This document shows positions 28,168 to 38,699 of a stretch of DNA of 64,000 nucleotides, in pieces (positions within the stretch are counted from its first letter, which is position 1; each line of letters opens with the position of its first letter). The notes beneath the pieces were generated by a model. That model searched no databases and had not been told where the DNA came from. It saw only the letters and a program-made list of their open reading frames with translations. The stretch covers positions 1,152,001 through 1,216,000 of the forward strand of contig JBEKKK010000001.1 of NCBI GenBank assembly GCA_050010755.1, written 5' to 3'. This DNA is from Candidatus Bathyarchaeia archaeon. Lineage in GTDB: Archaea > Thermoproteota > Bathyarchaeia > Bathyarchaeales > Bathycorpusculaceae. Both the position numbers and the translations under genes were made by a program.

Positions 28168-28605
28168 TCATATGTCAAGGATGAATTTCAGCGTCACTCT
28201 TCCTGGCTTTTCGAGAATTTCCATGCGGTGATAGGTGACGGCTTTGACGGCCACCTTCTGGAGGTGTTTTTTCGCGTTGAATTTTTCTCCCCAAATCTTG
28301 GCGATAAGTTTGAGGTCACTTGCAGTTCTTGTGATTTCTAGAATTTTGAATTTGGAGTAGAGCATCTGTTTTGTTTCAGACTTTATTAGCAGTGCCTCGA
28401 GCCAACTGTAGAGCAGGCTGTATTCGTCTTCGCCTTCAGCCGTGACTGAATCTTCAAGCCTAGGATCTACGGTTTTCACTTCGGTCATTACATCGAACAT
28501 TGCGACTGCAGCGTTTTCGAAAGCCTCTGCCAAATTCCCGCCGTAGGCGGCGACGTAAGCATCTGCAGTGTGCTCTAGAAATTCATAGCGTTTATTTTCG
28601 TCCAA
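28168..28605 (-). CDS. Archease
   Basis: EHTAD, VKAVTYH, C-terminal LDI. Confidence 0.95.
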   Translation of the reverse strand: MDENKRYEFLEHTADAYVAAYGGNLAEAFENAAVAMFDVMTEVKTVDPRLEDSVTAEGEDEYSLLYSWLEALLIKSETKQMLYSKFKILEITRTASDLKLIAKIWGEKFNAKKHLQKVAVKAVTYHRMEILEKPGRVTLKFILDI

Positions 28606-28693
28606 CCGTCTGACCGTGAGAATAATGAGGCAGTCGGTTTTAAAACACTTTTCAAATAGCGCGTGCTTTCAAAATAAAAAAGGGAGATGGTGG

Positions 28694-29695
28694 TTATTTG
28701 CCATGCTTTTTAAGTGCTATCATCATCGCGACTGCCAACATGGCTATCATAATCAACAACAACGACAGAACTGTGTATTCAGGTATTACTGTGTAGTATG
28801 CGCCGATTACATTGAAACCTCCGCTGTTGTCGTAGGCCTGGATGACATAGTAGACGACCGTTCCGCCGATATACCCAGGAATCGTGCCATCGTACAACCC
28901 AGTTGTACCGTTCAGCGTCATCGCAACAGTGGAGTTGTTAATCCAACCATCGGGTGAATAGACGAGAGTAACGTTCGCAATTCCTGTGCCACTGTTGTCA
29001 GTTACCTTGACCGACACCACGACAGGCTCGCTGTCATTAACGTGGATTATGTCAGGAATCTGAGTCCATGAGCTGATTGTTGGAGGAGCAGCGTAAAAGA
29101 GTACATAGGTTGCATCGTAGAGGTTGGCCGCGGAAACGATTGTGTTTCCGTTGACATCGTCGAAGAACGTGCCTGTGGTGCCGGTATAATTGATGTCAAA
29201 AAACCCAGTAAACGGGCCTGAGGTTGCATTGGGCACCGACGTAATGTTAAACTCAACATACATCAAACTGGCGTTCTCTTCAGGTACGTAGTCATTAAAT
29301 CCTAGAAGGCTCTCGCCAAACTCTACGCTGCCGGCGTTTTGGTCAACCACCGGAGCTGGGCCTACAATGGTGTGCCCGGCAAAGTATTCGCTTGTTGTTC
29401 CGGCTGTGTAGCCACACGCCACTTCCTGAAATACTGATGCAGTGAAGTTCATTGTAACCTGCCAATCAAACGTGCCGTTCTCCATGTTAGCCCACACCGT
29501 AAGATTGAACAGGGTTCCCACACTCGCATTGTCTGTGCTATACGATACGGTCGAAGGAGACACCCACATCGAGTTAAGCAATGATCCCTGACCTCGAACT
29601 GACCTAGCAGTGAAAGACAAAGCCATGGGGGACATAAGAAGCAACGTTATAATCGTTAAACAAACAATTCTTCTCATGTGTACCTCCCCGTTCAC
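28694..29695 (-). CDS. Secreted beta-rich surface protein with a PEF-CTERM-like sorting signal
   Basis: Signal peptide, many NxS/T sequons, C-terminal IPEY + TM + KKHGK. Confidence 0.8.
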   Translation of the reverse strand: MNGEVHMRRIVCLTIITLLLMSPMALSFTARSVRGQGSLLNSMWVSPSTVSYSTDNASVGTLFNLTVWANMENGTFDWQVTMNFTASVFQEVACGYTAGTTSEYFAGHTIVGPAPVVDQNAGSVEFGESLLGFNDYVPEENASLMYVEFNITSVPNATSGPFTGFFDINYTGTTGTFFDDVNGNTIVSAANLYDATYVLFYAAPPTISSWTQIPDIIHVNDSEPVVVSVKVTDNSGTGIANVTLVYSPDGWINNSTVAMTLNGTTGLYDGTIPGYIGGTVVYYVIQAYDNSGGFNVIGAYYTVIPEYTVLSLLLIMIAMLAVAMMIALKKHGK

Positions 29696-29921
29696 ATAGA
29701 AAATGCCTGAAGAATGGTTTAAGGTTAGCGGGAGCGCTGCGGAAAAATATCTGATGGCTCAGAGATCTGCAATGCATTCAGAATATCGAATTGTACCCAA
29801 GGGTGGGCCCTCAGAGATCTCTGAATCGGCATTTCAAAGATCACTGAGGAAACTATACGAGAAAAGCAGCGCCTCGAAACACAAAAATGCGTTTAAGGAG
29901 CGAGTATTTGAAAGCACACGT

Positions 29922-30377
29922 CTAGGTTTTGTCTGGGCTGAGGGCGGTGAGGATTTCGATGGCGCTCTTGACGAAGGCGGGGCATTTCTTGTTGAACAGG
30001 TTTTCTTCGCGAGCCTTCTTGCGCTGTTCTGGGTCAGAAAGGTCGAGTCCTAGGAGTTCTCGACAGATGGTGCTTCCATTCTGTTTTTCGAAGCGTCGAT
30101 AGAACGTCTCAGCGAGTTCGTAAGCGTGTGCTGCTTTTTCTGATGAGGGTTCGTTCGTTCCGTATTTTATTCCTATGGCCATCAGGCCGCCGGTTAGAGC
30201 CCCGCAGGCTGAACCGCACCTTGCCATTCCTCCGCCAAACGTGGTGGCTATTTTAGGAATCAGTTCATCCTTGCATTTCCAATATTCGGCCATGGTTAGT
30301 AGGACGCTCTGGGAGCAGTTGTAGCCGTCTTTGAAGTGTTTTGTGGCTGTTTCACTCAGCGAGTTTGAGGGATTCAT
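29922..30377 (-). CDS. C_GCAxxG_C_C family redox protein
   Basis: YNCSQS, CGALTGG, ICREL, terminal C. Confidence 0.88.
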   Translation of the reverse strand: MNPSNSLSETATKHFKDGYNCSQSVLLTMAEYWKCKDELIPKIATTFGGGMARCGSACGALTGGLMAIGIKYGTNEPSSEKAAHAYELAETFYRRFEKQNGSTICRELLGLDLSDPEQRKKAREENLFNKKCPAFVKSAIEILTALSPDKT

Positions 30378-30460
30378 CGGTTTCACGCCTTTCAAAGGCA
30401 GGTTGAACACAGATATCTTTTGTGAAAGCTGTTTTGCTCCTGAAGAAGGATGTTTGCAAA

Positions 30461-31519
30461 TTAGAAGTATTTCGGTATTTTTTTGATTGCGGCGACGGTG
30501 AGTTTCACGGTGTTTTCCACGTCGGTTAGGTTCAGGAGCGATGTTGGGCTGTGAATGTAACGCGTTGGTACGCAGATGCTGAGGCTCGGCACGCCCTCTT
30601 TGGCCAGAGAGATGCGGCCCGCGTCTGTTCCTCCCCCCAAGCCTGTTTCAAGCTGGTAAGGAATCTTGTTTTCCTCCGCAACTTCCGTTAACAGCCTGAG
30701 AACCTTTGGATGGGATATGTGCAGTCCGTCAGAAATCACCAGTGCTGGCCCTTTCTTGAGCTTCGTGGGGGCTTCAATCTCTTTTACCCCTGGAATGTCG
30801 CCGGCCACTGTGACATCGAGTGCGAGTCCCACGTCGGGGTATATGCCGAATGCGGCGGTTGTTGCTCCTCTGCATCCGACCTCTTCCTGTACAGTTCCCA
30901 CGGCGTAGATCGTGCACTCTGTCTTTTGCAAACACTTGAGAACTTCTATCATCGCTGCGCAACCGACCCTATCATCCATGGCCTTGCCGATCACGACATC
31001 CTTGTTGATGGCCGCAAACTTGACGTCGAACTCTACCGAGTCTCCTATTCTCACTCCCATCTTCTTGGCTTCTTCCTGAGTTGCTGCCCCGACGTCGATG
31101 AACAACTCGTCGTAGGGAATGACTCTCTTGCGTTCATCTTCCTTCTGTATGTGTGGAGGTTTCGAACCGATTATCCCATGCAGAGATCCCTTCTCGGTGT
31201 ACACCATGACCTTCTGCGCAAGCAAAACGCGGTCATCTATCCCGCCTATTTTCGCGAACTGAAGATATCCCTCTTTCGAAATCGTCTTGATCATCAAGCC
31301 TATTTCATCCATGTGGCCCGCAATCATGACTTTAGGCGCGTTCTTCGCGCCTTCCTTGATTCCGATCACGTTGCCCAGCTTGTCCTCTTTGACCTCGTCC
31401 ACGAGCGGCTTCAGCAGTTTACGCATTAGACTCCGGACTTCTTCTTCCCTGCCTGCAACTCCACAAGCATTGCAGAGCTTTTCCAAAACCTCAATGGACA
31501 CCATCACGAACCCTCTCAA
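30461..31519 (-). CDS. M42 (TET) aminopeptidase
   Basis: HMDEIG, DDRVG, QEEVG, GGTD, RYIHS. Confidence 0.95.
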   Translation of the reverse strand: MRGFVMVSIEVLEKLCNACGVAGREEEVRSLMRKLLKPLVDEVKEDKLGNVIGIKEGAKNAPKVMIAGHMDEIGLMIKTISKEGYLQFAKIGGIDDRVLLAQKVMVYTEKGSLHGIIGSKPPHIQKEDERKRVIPYDELFIDVGAATQEEAKKMGVRIGDSVEFDVKFAAINKDVVIGKAMDDRVGCAAMIEVLKCLQKTECTIYAVGTVQEEVGCRGATTAAFGIYPDVGLALDVTVAGDIPGVKEIEAPTKLKKGPALVISDGLHISHPKVLRLLTEVAEENKIPYQLETGLGGGTDAGRISLAKEGVPSLSICVPTRYIHSPTSLLNLTDVENTVKLTVAAIKKIPKYF

Positions 31520-31781
31520 TGAGACCTAAAGTTATTGTGTTTCATATTTAACGTTTTTCTAAATCCCAACGTTTTCAAATGCGAGTTGGCTGAATAGTAT
31601 CCATGTGCATATCGATAACAAAGTGTCGGTTAAATCATGTCTTAACCCAATTGGCGCGCGCATCTTGCCGTGTGACAATTTGGCGGATATTTGAAGAGTT
31701 GCTATTCCGAAAAATCTTGAAGAAAGAAGCCGAAGATAGCGCTGCCCTTCCCCCCCCCCGCTCGCCTGACCTCGATACTTT

Positions 31782-32480
31782 TTAGCTTAATGGTTTGTTC
31801 AGATTCATAACCTTCCTCAATGTTAGAAGAATGGGAACTCCAACAATGAGAGAAACGACAATGACCAGTGCGTCCTCTATGAAGGAGTCGATGCCTCCAC
31901 CCACGAAGGCGGGTAACACCATGTCCTGGGTCATGCCTATGACACTGTATAACCCTGCAGGAATCAACAAGAAAACGCGAGCGAGGCCGTCTGTTGCCAC
32001 GGTTATGAAAGACACTATCGCGAGGGACACTGGCAAAAGCCGAAGGTTTTCATTAAACAGGTTCTGGCTCAATTTTGCGGCTGGATAAACCAAGCACATT
32101 GCAATGATGGCATCTAATAATGGCCAGATAGGGAGACCTCTTCCGAGGGGGCTGGCAAAGTAGGCCGCGAACATGACCGCGTAAATGGCGAGAACTGGTT
32201 TCCATGTTTTTCTAACCAAGAAGCCTGCCGCCATAACACTCAACGGCTCGGAGAATACGCCGAACATCCACAGGGGAGTAGGAATAATCACTCTGCCTAT
32301 TATGCTTCCTAGTAAGGCAGCTGAAAAGCCAGCCCAAGGACCGAGAACTATTCCTTCGATTGGAGCCAGGTAAATGGCCCAGTTTCGCCACAGAACAGGA
32401 GGCGAAATCAAGTACAAGGTGACATGAAAAGCTGCAAAAACGGCTACGAAAGCTACAGTTTTTGAAGACAGTTGCTTCAT
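31782..32480 (-). CDS. Membrane protein, ECF S-component-like
   Basis: AVFAA helix, GIVLGPWAG; multiple TM segments. Confidence 0.6.
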   Translation of the reverse strand: MKQLSSKTVAFVAVFAAFHVTLYLISPPVLWRNWAIYLAPIEGIVLGPWAGFSAALLGSIIGRVIIPTPLWMFGVFSEPLSVMAAGFLVRKTWKPVLAIYAVMFAAYFASPLGRGLPIWPLLDAIIAMCLVYPAAKLSQNLFNENLRLLPVSLAIVSFITVATDGLARVFLLIPAGLYSVIGMTQDMVLPAFVGGGIDSFIEDALVIVVSLIVGVPILLTLRKVMNLNKPLS

Positions 32481-32868
32481 TTTGCAATCGAATGTAGATT
32501 TTTACACAGCATATAAGATTTTCTCAGTAAGCCAACCGATTTAGCGGCGTCTCTCTCTGAATAGCGTATGAGGTTTCTTCTAGGATACCGTCCCCGTAAC
32601 CGCATCACATCTCCTCTTCGCTTGCTAATTCTCATTTTTCAAGCGCTCTAAAAAATCATGAAGTCCCTTCTTGATGAGGCTGCAACCACACAGCAGGAAA
32701 GGCCATCACGCAAAGTCTTTTTTGGCTAATCAGAAAATCTTAGGGATTCCTAGTGAGGCTTGCGGAATAGAGGTCGAAGGAAAAAACGGTTGGCTAACCC
32801 TAATTCAAAACGCAAGCCAGAACCAAAGATGAAGACATTGGTGTTCTAGGTGTCATGGAAATACGTTG

Positions 32869-33375
32869 TCATGCTAAAATCCCTGTGGGCACTAATTCAG
32901 CCGTTGCAGCGTCAACATAATAATATCCGGGAGGTGGAATACTCATACCCCGCGAGTATTGGGCGACAATCGTCCAGACGTATCGGTAAGTCGTGTCATT
33001 CACCTGCGTAGGCGACCAATCTGGGACTGAATGTGTCACTGGAGATAATCGTTCGAATCCTGTCTCGTTGGAAGAATTAAAGAAGGCGCAGTAGTCTAGT
33101 TCAACCTCGATTGTCATATTCTGCAGCGAGGCTGCGTCCCATCCTCCGCTTTCCAAAGCGATCAGCAGGGCATGATACATGGAAACTGGGGGAGAGAAAG
33201 AGTACTCGTATGCAGGCGTGGGGGTCTTGTTAAACTCATCGTAGTATATTGTGGAATAGGCGCTATTTGACAGCTGCGTCGGGGTTATGAACACGAAGAA
33301 CTCGAAAAAGACGACAACTATAATCATGACGCACACGGTTGCTAAAATAACGGCTTTCTTTCCCATGCTCCTCAC
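32869..33375 (-). CDS. Membrane-anchored hypothetical protein (PepSY-like C-terminus)
   Basis: N-terminal TM; YVW...YYVDAATAELV. Confidence 0.6.
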   Translation of the reverse strand: MRSMGKKAVILATVCVMIIVVVFFEFFVFITPTQLSNSAYSTIYYDEFNKTPTPAYEYSFSPPVSMYHALLIALESGGWDAASLQNMTIEVELDYCAFFNSSNETGFERLSPVTHSVPDWSPTQVNDTTYRYVWTIVAQYSRGMSIPPPGYYYVDAATAELVPTGILA

Positions 33376-33497
33376 TTCTACTATTGGCTAGCCTAGCCAA
33401 TAAACTTTTAGGGTAACGGAAAGCTCATGGACCTTAATCGAACAGAATCGTTCGAACCTTCACCGAATCTTGACATGAACCCATTCTTAGCAAAGAT

Positions 33498-34526
33498 TTG
33501 ACAGAACCTCGTAAGGCAATTCTTAAATCCCCAGTGCTCTCAACGTTATGGCGGGTGCAACCTTTGCCCGAGACTCAGTTCAAGAAAGTCTTCATTTTTC
33601 TGGACACCGACAAGCACGCGAGCCCTTTTGACATACTCATGACCATCGACGTTTTTCCGGAAGCCACGATAATGAAGTACGAGAACGTGACGGCTGAGGA
33701 CGCTGACAAAATCTTGTACGACGCGATGTTTCCCAGGGGTCCAGAGGGTGCAAAACACACGAAGGTCTTTATCAACGGACGCGACTTTGACCTCGCGAAC
33801 GAGATTCTGGCGCGAGCCAAGAAATGCATGTTTCCACCGTTCGAACTCTCAATAATCATCGATCCGCGAGGAGCATACACGACTGCCTCGGCTGCAGTTG
33901 CCAAGACACTGAAAGTTGCGCTTGAAACGAACATGGGAACCTTGGAAAACAAGAATGTCACAGTTCTTGCCGGAACGGGCCCGGTCGGCCAGACGGCGGC
34001 AAGGCTGTACGCATCCGAAAGAGCTAAAGTCATCGTCACTTCACGCGCGCTTCAGAAGGCCTCCTCCGTAGCAGCGAAGATAAATGAAGAGTTCAAGAGC
34101 GAAACGGTACGCGGTTTTCAGGCTCAAACTCCCGAGGACGTTGGAAAAGCCATTGGAAACGCGGAAATTGTTCTCTCCGCTGGAGCGGCGGGAACAGAGC
34201 TTCTCCCGTTAAACGTGCTGAAGGAAAGCGGAAAGAAATGCAAGATAGTGGCCGACATCAACGCGATTCCCCCGCTGGGCATCGCAGGGCTAGACTCTAA
34301 CACAGATGGAAAAGAGATTCTGCCTGGCGTTCTCGGTATCGGCGCACTTGCCATTGGAAAACTCAAGAACAAAATTGAAGTGGCACTCATCAAGAAAGCG
34401 GCAGAAGAGCCCAAAGGCATATTCGACTACAAAATGGCCTATGAACTGGCCAAGAAATCTGTGATGGAGAAGCACGACGAAAAGAAAACTCCTAAACCTG
34501 AACAGCCAAAAAGCTGGCTGCCTTAA
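33498..34526 (+). CDS. NAD(P)-dependent methylene-H4MPT/H4F dehydrogenase (MtdA/MtdB type)
   Basis: SPFD, MFPRG, PPF...DPRGAYTTA, GTGPVG, DINAIPPLGI, GALAIG. True start may lie ~20 codons downstream. Confidence 0.85.
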   Translation: MTEPRKAILKSPVLSTLWRVQPLPETQFKKVFIFLDTDKHASPFDILMTIDVFPEATIMKYENVTAEDADKILYDAMFPRGPEGAKHTKVFINGRDFDLANEILARAKKCMFPPFELSIIIDPRGAYTTASAAVAKTLKVALETNMGTLENKNVTVLAGTGPVGQTAARLYASERAKVIVTSRALQKASSVAAKINEEFKSETVRGFQAQTPEDVGKAIGNAEIVLSAGAAGTELLPLNVLKESGKKCKIVADINAIPPLGIAGLDSNTDGKEILPGVLGIGALAIGKLKNKIEVALIKKAAEEPKGIFDYKMAYELAKKSVMEKHDEKKTPKPEQPKSWLP

Positions 34527-34739
34527 GAAACAGTTCGCTCACTTTTCCCGCGCTGTCTTTCATCTCCTTGCTGCTTTTTCGATTGCTGGTTAGCGTGGTA
34601 TGCCCCGCGCAAATCAATTCCTTGAGACCTTTGTTTCAAGCATTGTCTGATCTCGCGCGAGCAGTTCACGGATGCAGTACCCACTGACAAAACACTTAAA
34701 GTGGACGTTTGTTTACAGTCTGCACTGGAGAAATTGAGG

Positions 34740-35378
34740 ATGCCGATGTTTACTATTTGTACAGCCATTATTCCTCAAGGTGAACTTGAAAAACAGATCA
34801 GCGGCTTCCGTGAGGCTGAGAAGAGATTCACGCGTGAAATTGGCGTGCTTCAGAGAGACTTTTATCAGTGTATTCAACAGCCTCACATAGTTTGGAGCAA
34901 CACGAAATGGACGAGTGAGAAGGCTCATAACACCGCGGCTGAGGGTATTATGAAAGTGAGAAAGGATGACAGAATCGGCTCAGCGTACTTCGAGCCTGGG
35001 CTGTACTTCGAGATCTTCTGCAACGAAATCAACGAAGTCTCCTACGAGGCGCCTGACAAACAACCCGTCGGCATGATCGTGGTTTCCCATGGTCTCGTGG
35101 CCTCCGAACAACTCGAACATTGGAACGAAACGGTTTTGAACGTGTCCAAAGATTTGCCTAAGGTTAAGGGACTGAGATTTTGTCGAGTTTTCCGCAACTA
35201 CTATAACCTGGCCGAGTTCGTGGGGTTCATGGGATGGAACAACCTGAAAGACTACCAAGAACACCGCATGATAGAGGATTTGACAATCGAAGAACGCGTT
35301 TATACAGATCTCAAAGAAGGTTCTTCTCTGCTGGCCGCCTACAACCAGTTCCAATGCAAACCGCTGAAAGTGAAATGA
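34740..35378 (+). CDS. Tandem dimeric alpha-beta barrel (ABM-like) protein
   Basis: Two repeats ending in W-x-S/N-x-x-x-H/Y (KWTSEKAH; GWNNLKDY). Confidence 0.55.
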   Translation: MPMFTICTAIIPQGELEKQISGFREAEKRFTREIGVLQRDFYQCIQQPHIVWSNTKWTSEKAHNTAAEGIMKVRKDDRIGSAYFEPGLYFEIFCNEINEVSYEAPDKQPVGMIVVSHGLVASEQLEHWNETVLNVSKDLPKVKGLRFCRVFRNYYNLAEFVGFMGWNNLKDYQEHRMIEDLTIEERVYTDLKEGSSLLAAYNQFQCKPLKVK

Positions 35379-35582
35379 AAGTGATCGCGCTGTTCGCAAT
35401 ATCCCCCAAGCTATCATGAGGCCACTAAGGCTCAAACGGTCTTTGGCATCAAGGCGGACAAATTCTCCCGTAGATTTCCGATTCCTCATTGCCTTCGCTC
35501 TGCAATTTGATTTTGAAAACTGGGGCTTGCTTGAAAGCGAAAGGGGTTTAAAGTTCAGGCAGCAAAGATTGATTGTCTGCTA

Positions 35583-36932
35583 ATGATTCACTTGTGGTTT
35601 GACAAGGGCACAATCCTGTTGCGAGGGGAGGTTGGAACTCCGTATGGCAAGTGGGACCCCAGAGTTGATTGTTACAGAATCAAGGCCATGCACTACTCTG
35701 AAGTGTTGGCCTATCTGAAGGAAAGCAAACTTGCTTTTCAAGATGATGTTCCGAATCTTCCTCCGGTTCAGCAGTTAAATCCAAACGTGGAACTGCGGCC
35801 CTATCAGAAGGAGGCCCTGGACAGGTGGCACCAGGCCAACATGCGGGGAATCCTTGTACTGCCTACTGCCGCGGGTAAAACCTACGTGGCGTTGAAGGCT
35901 ATCGGCCAATTGAAAACGCAGACCCTCATTATTGTTCCAACCTTAGATCTCATAGATCAATGGCGAAAACGGGTCGCCGATCACCTGAAGACAGATGCTG
36001 GAGCTGTCGGTGGAGGCGAAAACAAGGTTAAAATGATAACCGTCTCAACATATGATTCGGCGTACCTCCAAGCAGCAACGCTCGGAAACAAGTTCATGCT
36101 GATGATCTTCGACGAGGTTCATCATCTGGCGTCGCCGAGCTATATGCAAATCGCCGAGATGTACATCGCACCGTACCGTATGGGCTTGACGGCCACGTAT
36201 GAGAGAAGCGACGAAAGACACTCACTCTTGCCCCGGCTCGTTGGAGACCCAGTCTACACGGTGGACGTTGAAGAGTTAGCCGGAGAACACCTTTCCCCTT
36301 ACACGTACGAGAAAATGTTCGTTGACCTGACGCCAAAAGAACAGCGAGTCTACGATGATGAGATGGAAACGTTCAGACTCTACTTGAAAGAGAAGGGAAT
36401 AGTCCTCAGAAGCCCAGAAGACTTTCATAGATTCATCATGTCCACAGGCCGAGACCGCCGCGCGAGAGAAGCCCTTCTGGCAAGAAACCGCGCATTGAAA
36501 ATCGCACTGAACTCAGATGCGAAATTGGGTCTGCTGGCCCTGCAGCTTGACGCTAATAAGAAAGAGAAAACGCTGATATTCACGCTTCACAACGATCTCG
36601 TTTACACTATCAGTCGCAGGTTTCTGATACCGGCCATCACCTACCAGACGCCGAAGGAGGAGAGAAGAGAAATCCTGGAGAACTTTCGAAACGGAGAGTA
36701 CAAAGCCATAGTCACATCTCAAGTCCTCGACGAAGGTGTGGACGTACCCGACGCTTCTGCCGGCTACATACTCAGCGGAACGGGAAGCACGAGAGAGTAC
36801 ATCCAGAGACTCGGAAGAATTCTCAGGAAAGTGGAGGGAAAAAGAGCCAAACTCGTCGAAATCGTCTCGAGACAAACCGTGGAAGTGGAAATGAGCCGCA
36901 GGCGACGGTACAAGAAACCCACGGAGGACTGA
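35583..36932 (+). CDS. xpb: XPB/Rad25-family SF2 helicase
   Basis: LRPYQ, PTAAGKT, DEVHH, GLTAT, DEGVDVP, QRLGRILR. Confidence 0.92.
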   Translation: MIHLWFDKGTILLRGEVGTPYGKWDPRVDCYRIKAMHYSEVLAYLKESKLAFQDDVPNLPPVQQLNPNVELRPYQKEALDRWHQANMRGILVLPTAAGKTYVALKAIGQLKTQTLIIVPTLDLIDQWRKRVADHLKTDAGAVGGGENKVKMITVSTYDSAYLQAATLGNKFMLMIFDEVHHLASPSYMQIAEMYIAPYRMGLTATYERSDERHSLLPRLVGDPVYTVDVEELAGEHLSPYTYEKMFVDLTPKEQRVYDDEMETFRLYLKEKGIVLRSPEDFHRFIMSTGRDRRAREALLARNRALKIALNSDAKLGLLALQLDANKKEKTLIFTLHNDLVYTISRRFLIPAITYQTPKEERREILENFRNGEYKAIVTSQVLDEGVDVPDASAGYILSGTGSTREYIQRLGRILRKVEGKRAKLVEIVSRQTVEVEMSRRRRYKKPTED

Positions 36933-36935
36933 GCA

Positions 36936-38489
36936 GTGCTTCCGAGCGAACTTCTCACCGTATGGAAGAGGAAGGGCAACATATCGCCGAGGTACGCAAG
37001 AGCGACGGAAGACAGCTTGCAAGTCGCCGACAGCCTCATCAAGGCGTACAAAGACCATGTGGGCCAGAAGAAAAGCGTCCTTAAAGCGTTCGCCGGCGAA
37101 CTGGAGGACGAAGGATACGAATACCGGTTCGTGAGAGGTCTCGCCTGTCTTCTGGACAGAAAAAGCACGTTCAAATGCAACGATAGAATCGACCCCGTGG
37201 AACTGAGACGAAGAATTTTTCAAGCAACATCAGAGCTCGGCTTGGCCACGACGCCGGAAAAAAGGAAGAGAATAATTGCGGTAGTGGCCAAAGAAATGAA
37301 AGTAGAGCCCGATACTGTGGAAGAGTTTCTCTATGCAGATCTCGACAGTGAACTCATTCTTGAAGAGTTTGAACCGCCGGCGCCGGAAGAACTGCTGAAA
37401 GAATATAACCTCAGCCTGACGCAGACACTTCTCTTCGACTCTACAGAGCTGAACTTCACGGCGTCGGGCAATTGGCAGAGAATATTCTACGCTGTTAAGA
37501 GACTTGGTCTGATCTACGACGTGCAAAAGAACGGAAGGTTCTGGGTGAAAATTGATGGCCCTGCCAGCCTGTTCAAGCTAACGAGAAGATACGGAACGGC
37601 GACGGCCAAGCTTCTCCCCACAATCATCGCCAACCAGGAGTGGACGGTTGAGGCCAAGATACTGTGGAGATACACGAATGAGATATGCGACTTCAAGCTT
37701 GAGAGTTGGAAGCACCGCTCATTGCTCAGGAGCCCTCAGGAGCCGAAAATTTCTTATGACAGCGCGGTCGAACAGGACTTCGCGGAACAGTTTCAAAGCC
37801 TCAAGACAGGATGGCAGCTGAAGAGAGAACCTGAACCCGTTCCAGCGGGCAAACAGGTGATAATACCCGATTTCTCTCTGGAGAAGCAGGGCGTCAGAGT
37901 GTTCGTGGAAATAGTCGGTTTCTGGACGGTGGAGTACCTTTTGCGCAAGATGGAGAAACTCAAGAAGGTTGATGTGAACATGCTCGTAGCCGTCAACGAG
38001 AACTTGGCCTGCGAAAAGCTCGACCGGCTGGAAAAAGACGCGCATCTCAACATAATTTATTATCACGACAAAATTCCGTTGGGTCCTGTTCTGCGCTATC
38101 TGGAGGGGGCGTTTCAAAACATCAAAACAGCCCAGACGGATCTGTTGAAAGGCCTCAGAGTGATATTCACCGAACCCGTTGTTGACTATGGAGAGTTTGC
38201 CGCAAGAATCGGCGTGTCCACAGAGGCGGTAAAGGAGGCATTGACTGAGAAGCCGCCTGAAGGCTACACGGCCATGTCAGAAAGCTTAGTGAGAAGAGAC
38301 AAGCTCGAACAGATAAGAAACAAAATCGAAGAACAGTCGGACCCGAAAGGCCGACTGCCACTGTCCGAGGCTATAAGAATAGTTGAATCAGAGGGAGTGG
38401 CTGACGCAACCAAGTCGCTTGAAGCCCTCGGATACAGAATAAACTGGCATGGAATCAACGCGGAAAAGGCTGAGGTCGCCAAGCCCTAG
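36936..38489 (+). CDS. bax1: Bax1 (DUF790) endonuclease
   Basis: YNLSLTQTLL, DGPASL, YDSAVE, REPE, IPDF, EIVGFWT; directly after xpb. Confidence 0.9.
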   Translation: MLPSELLTVWKRKGNISPRYARATEDSLQVADSLIKAYKDHVGQKKSVLKAFAGELEDEGYEYRFVRGLACLLDRKSTFKCNDRIDPVELRRRIFQATSELGLATTPEKRKRIIAVVAKEMKVEPDTVEEFLYADLDSELILEEFEPPAPEELLKEYNLSLTQTLLFDSTELNFTASGNWQRIFYAVKRLGLIYDVQKNGRFWVKIDGPASLFKLTRRYGTATAKLLPTIIANQEWTVEAKILWRYTNEICDFKLESWKHRSLLRSPQEPKISYDSAVEQDFAEQFQSLKTGWQLKREPEPVPAGKQVIIPDFSLEKQGVRVFVEIVGFWTVEYLLRKMEKLKKVDVNMLVAVNENLACEKLDRLEKDAHLNIIYYHDKIPLGPVLRYLEGAFQNIKTAQTDLLKGLRVIFTEPVVDYGEFAARIGVSTEAVKEALTEKPPEGYTAMSESLVRRDKLEQIRNKIEEQSDPKGRLPLSEAIRIVESEGVADATKSLEALGYRINWHGINAEKAEVAKP

Positions 38490-38699
38490 AACATGAAGTC
38501 ATTAGGTATGAACTGGCTCAACGCGCGCTAGTGTGTGCGCCGACGGCCCCTACCCTCGGTCCACGATACGATCCAAATATGATTTTGGGAGAAATGTGCA
38601 TTGTGTTGGGATCGTCCACCGTCGGCTCTTTGATACATGAGCCTGGGCGCAAGGCGTGAAAGCAATGAAAAGCATTCCTTTTCTAGGTCAGGGTTCTGT

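Noticed and set aside
31746-31759. Poly-C tract as a phase-variation site
   Set aside because: Intergenic, at the 3' end of a gene, with no credible ORF or promoter affected.
35583-38489. Helicase plus nuclease pair as a new defence system
   Set aside because: Matches the known archaeal XPB-Bax1 repair pair.
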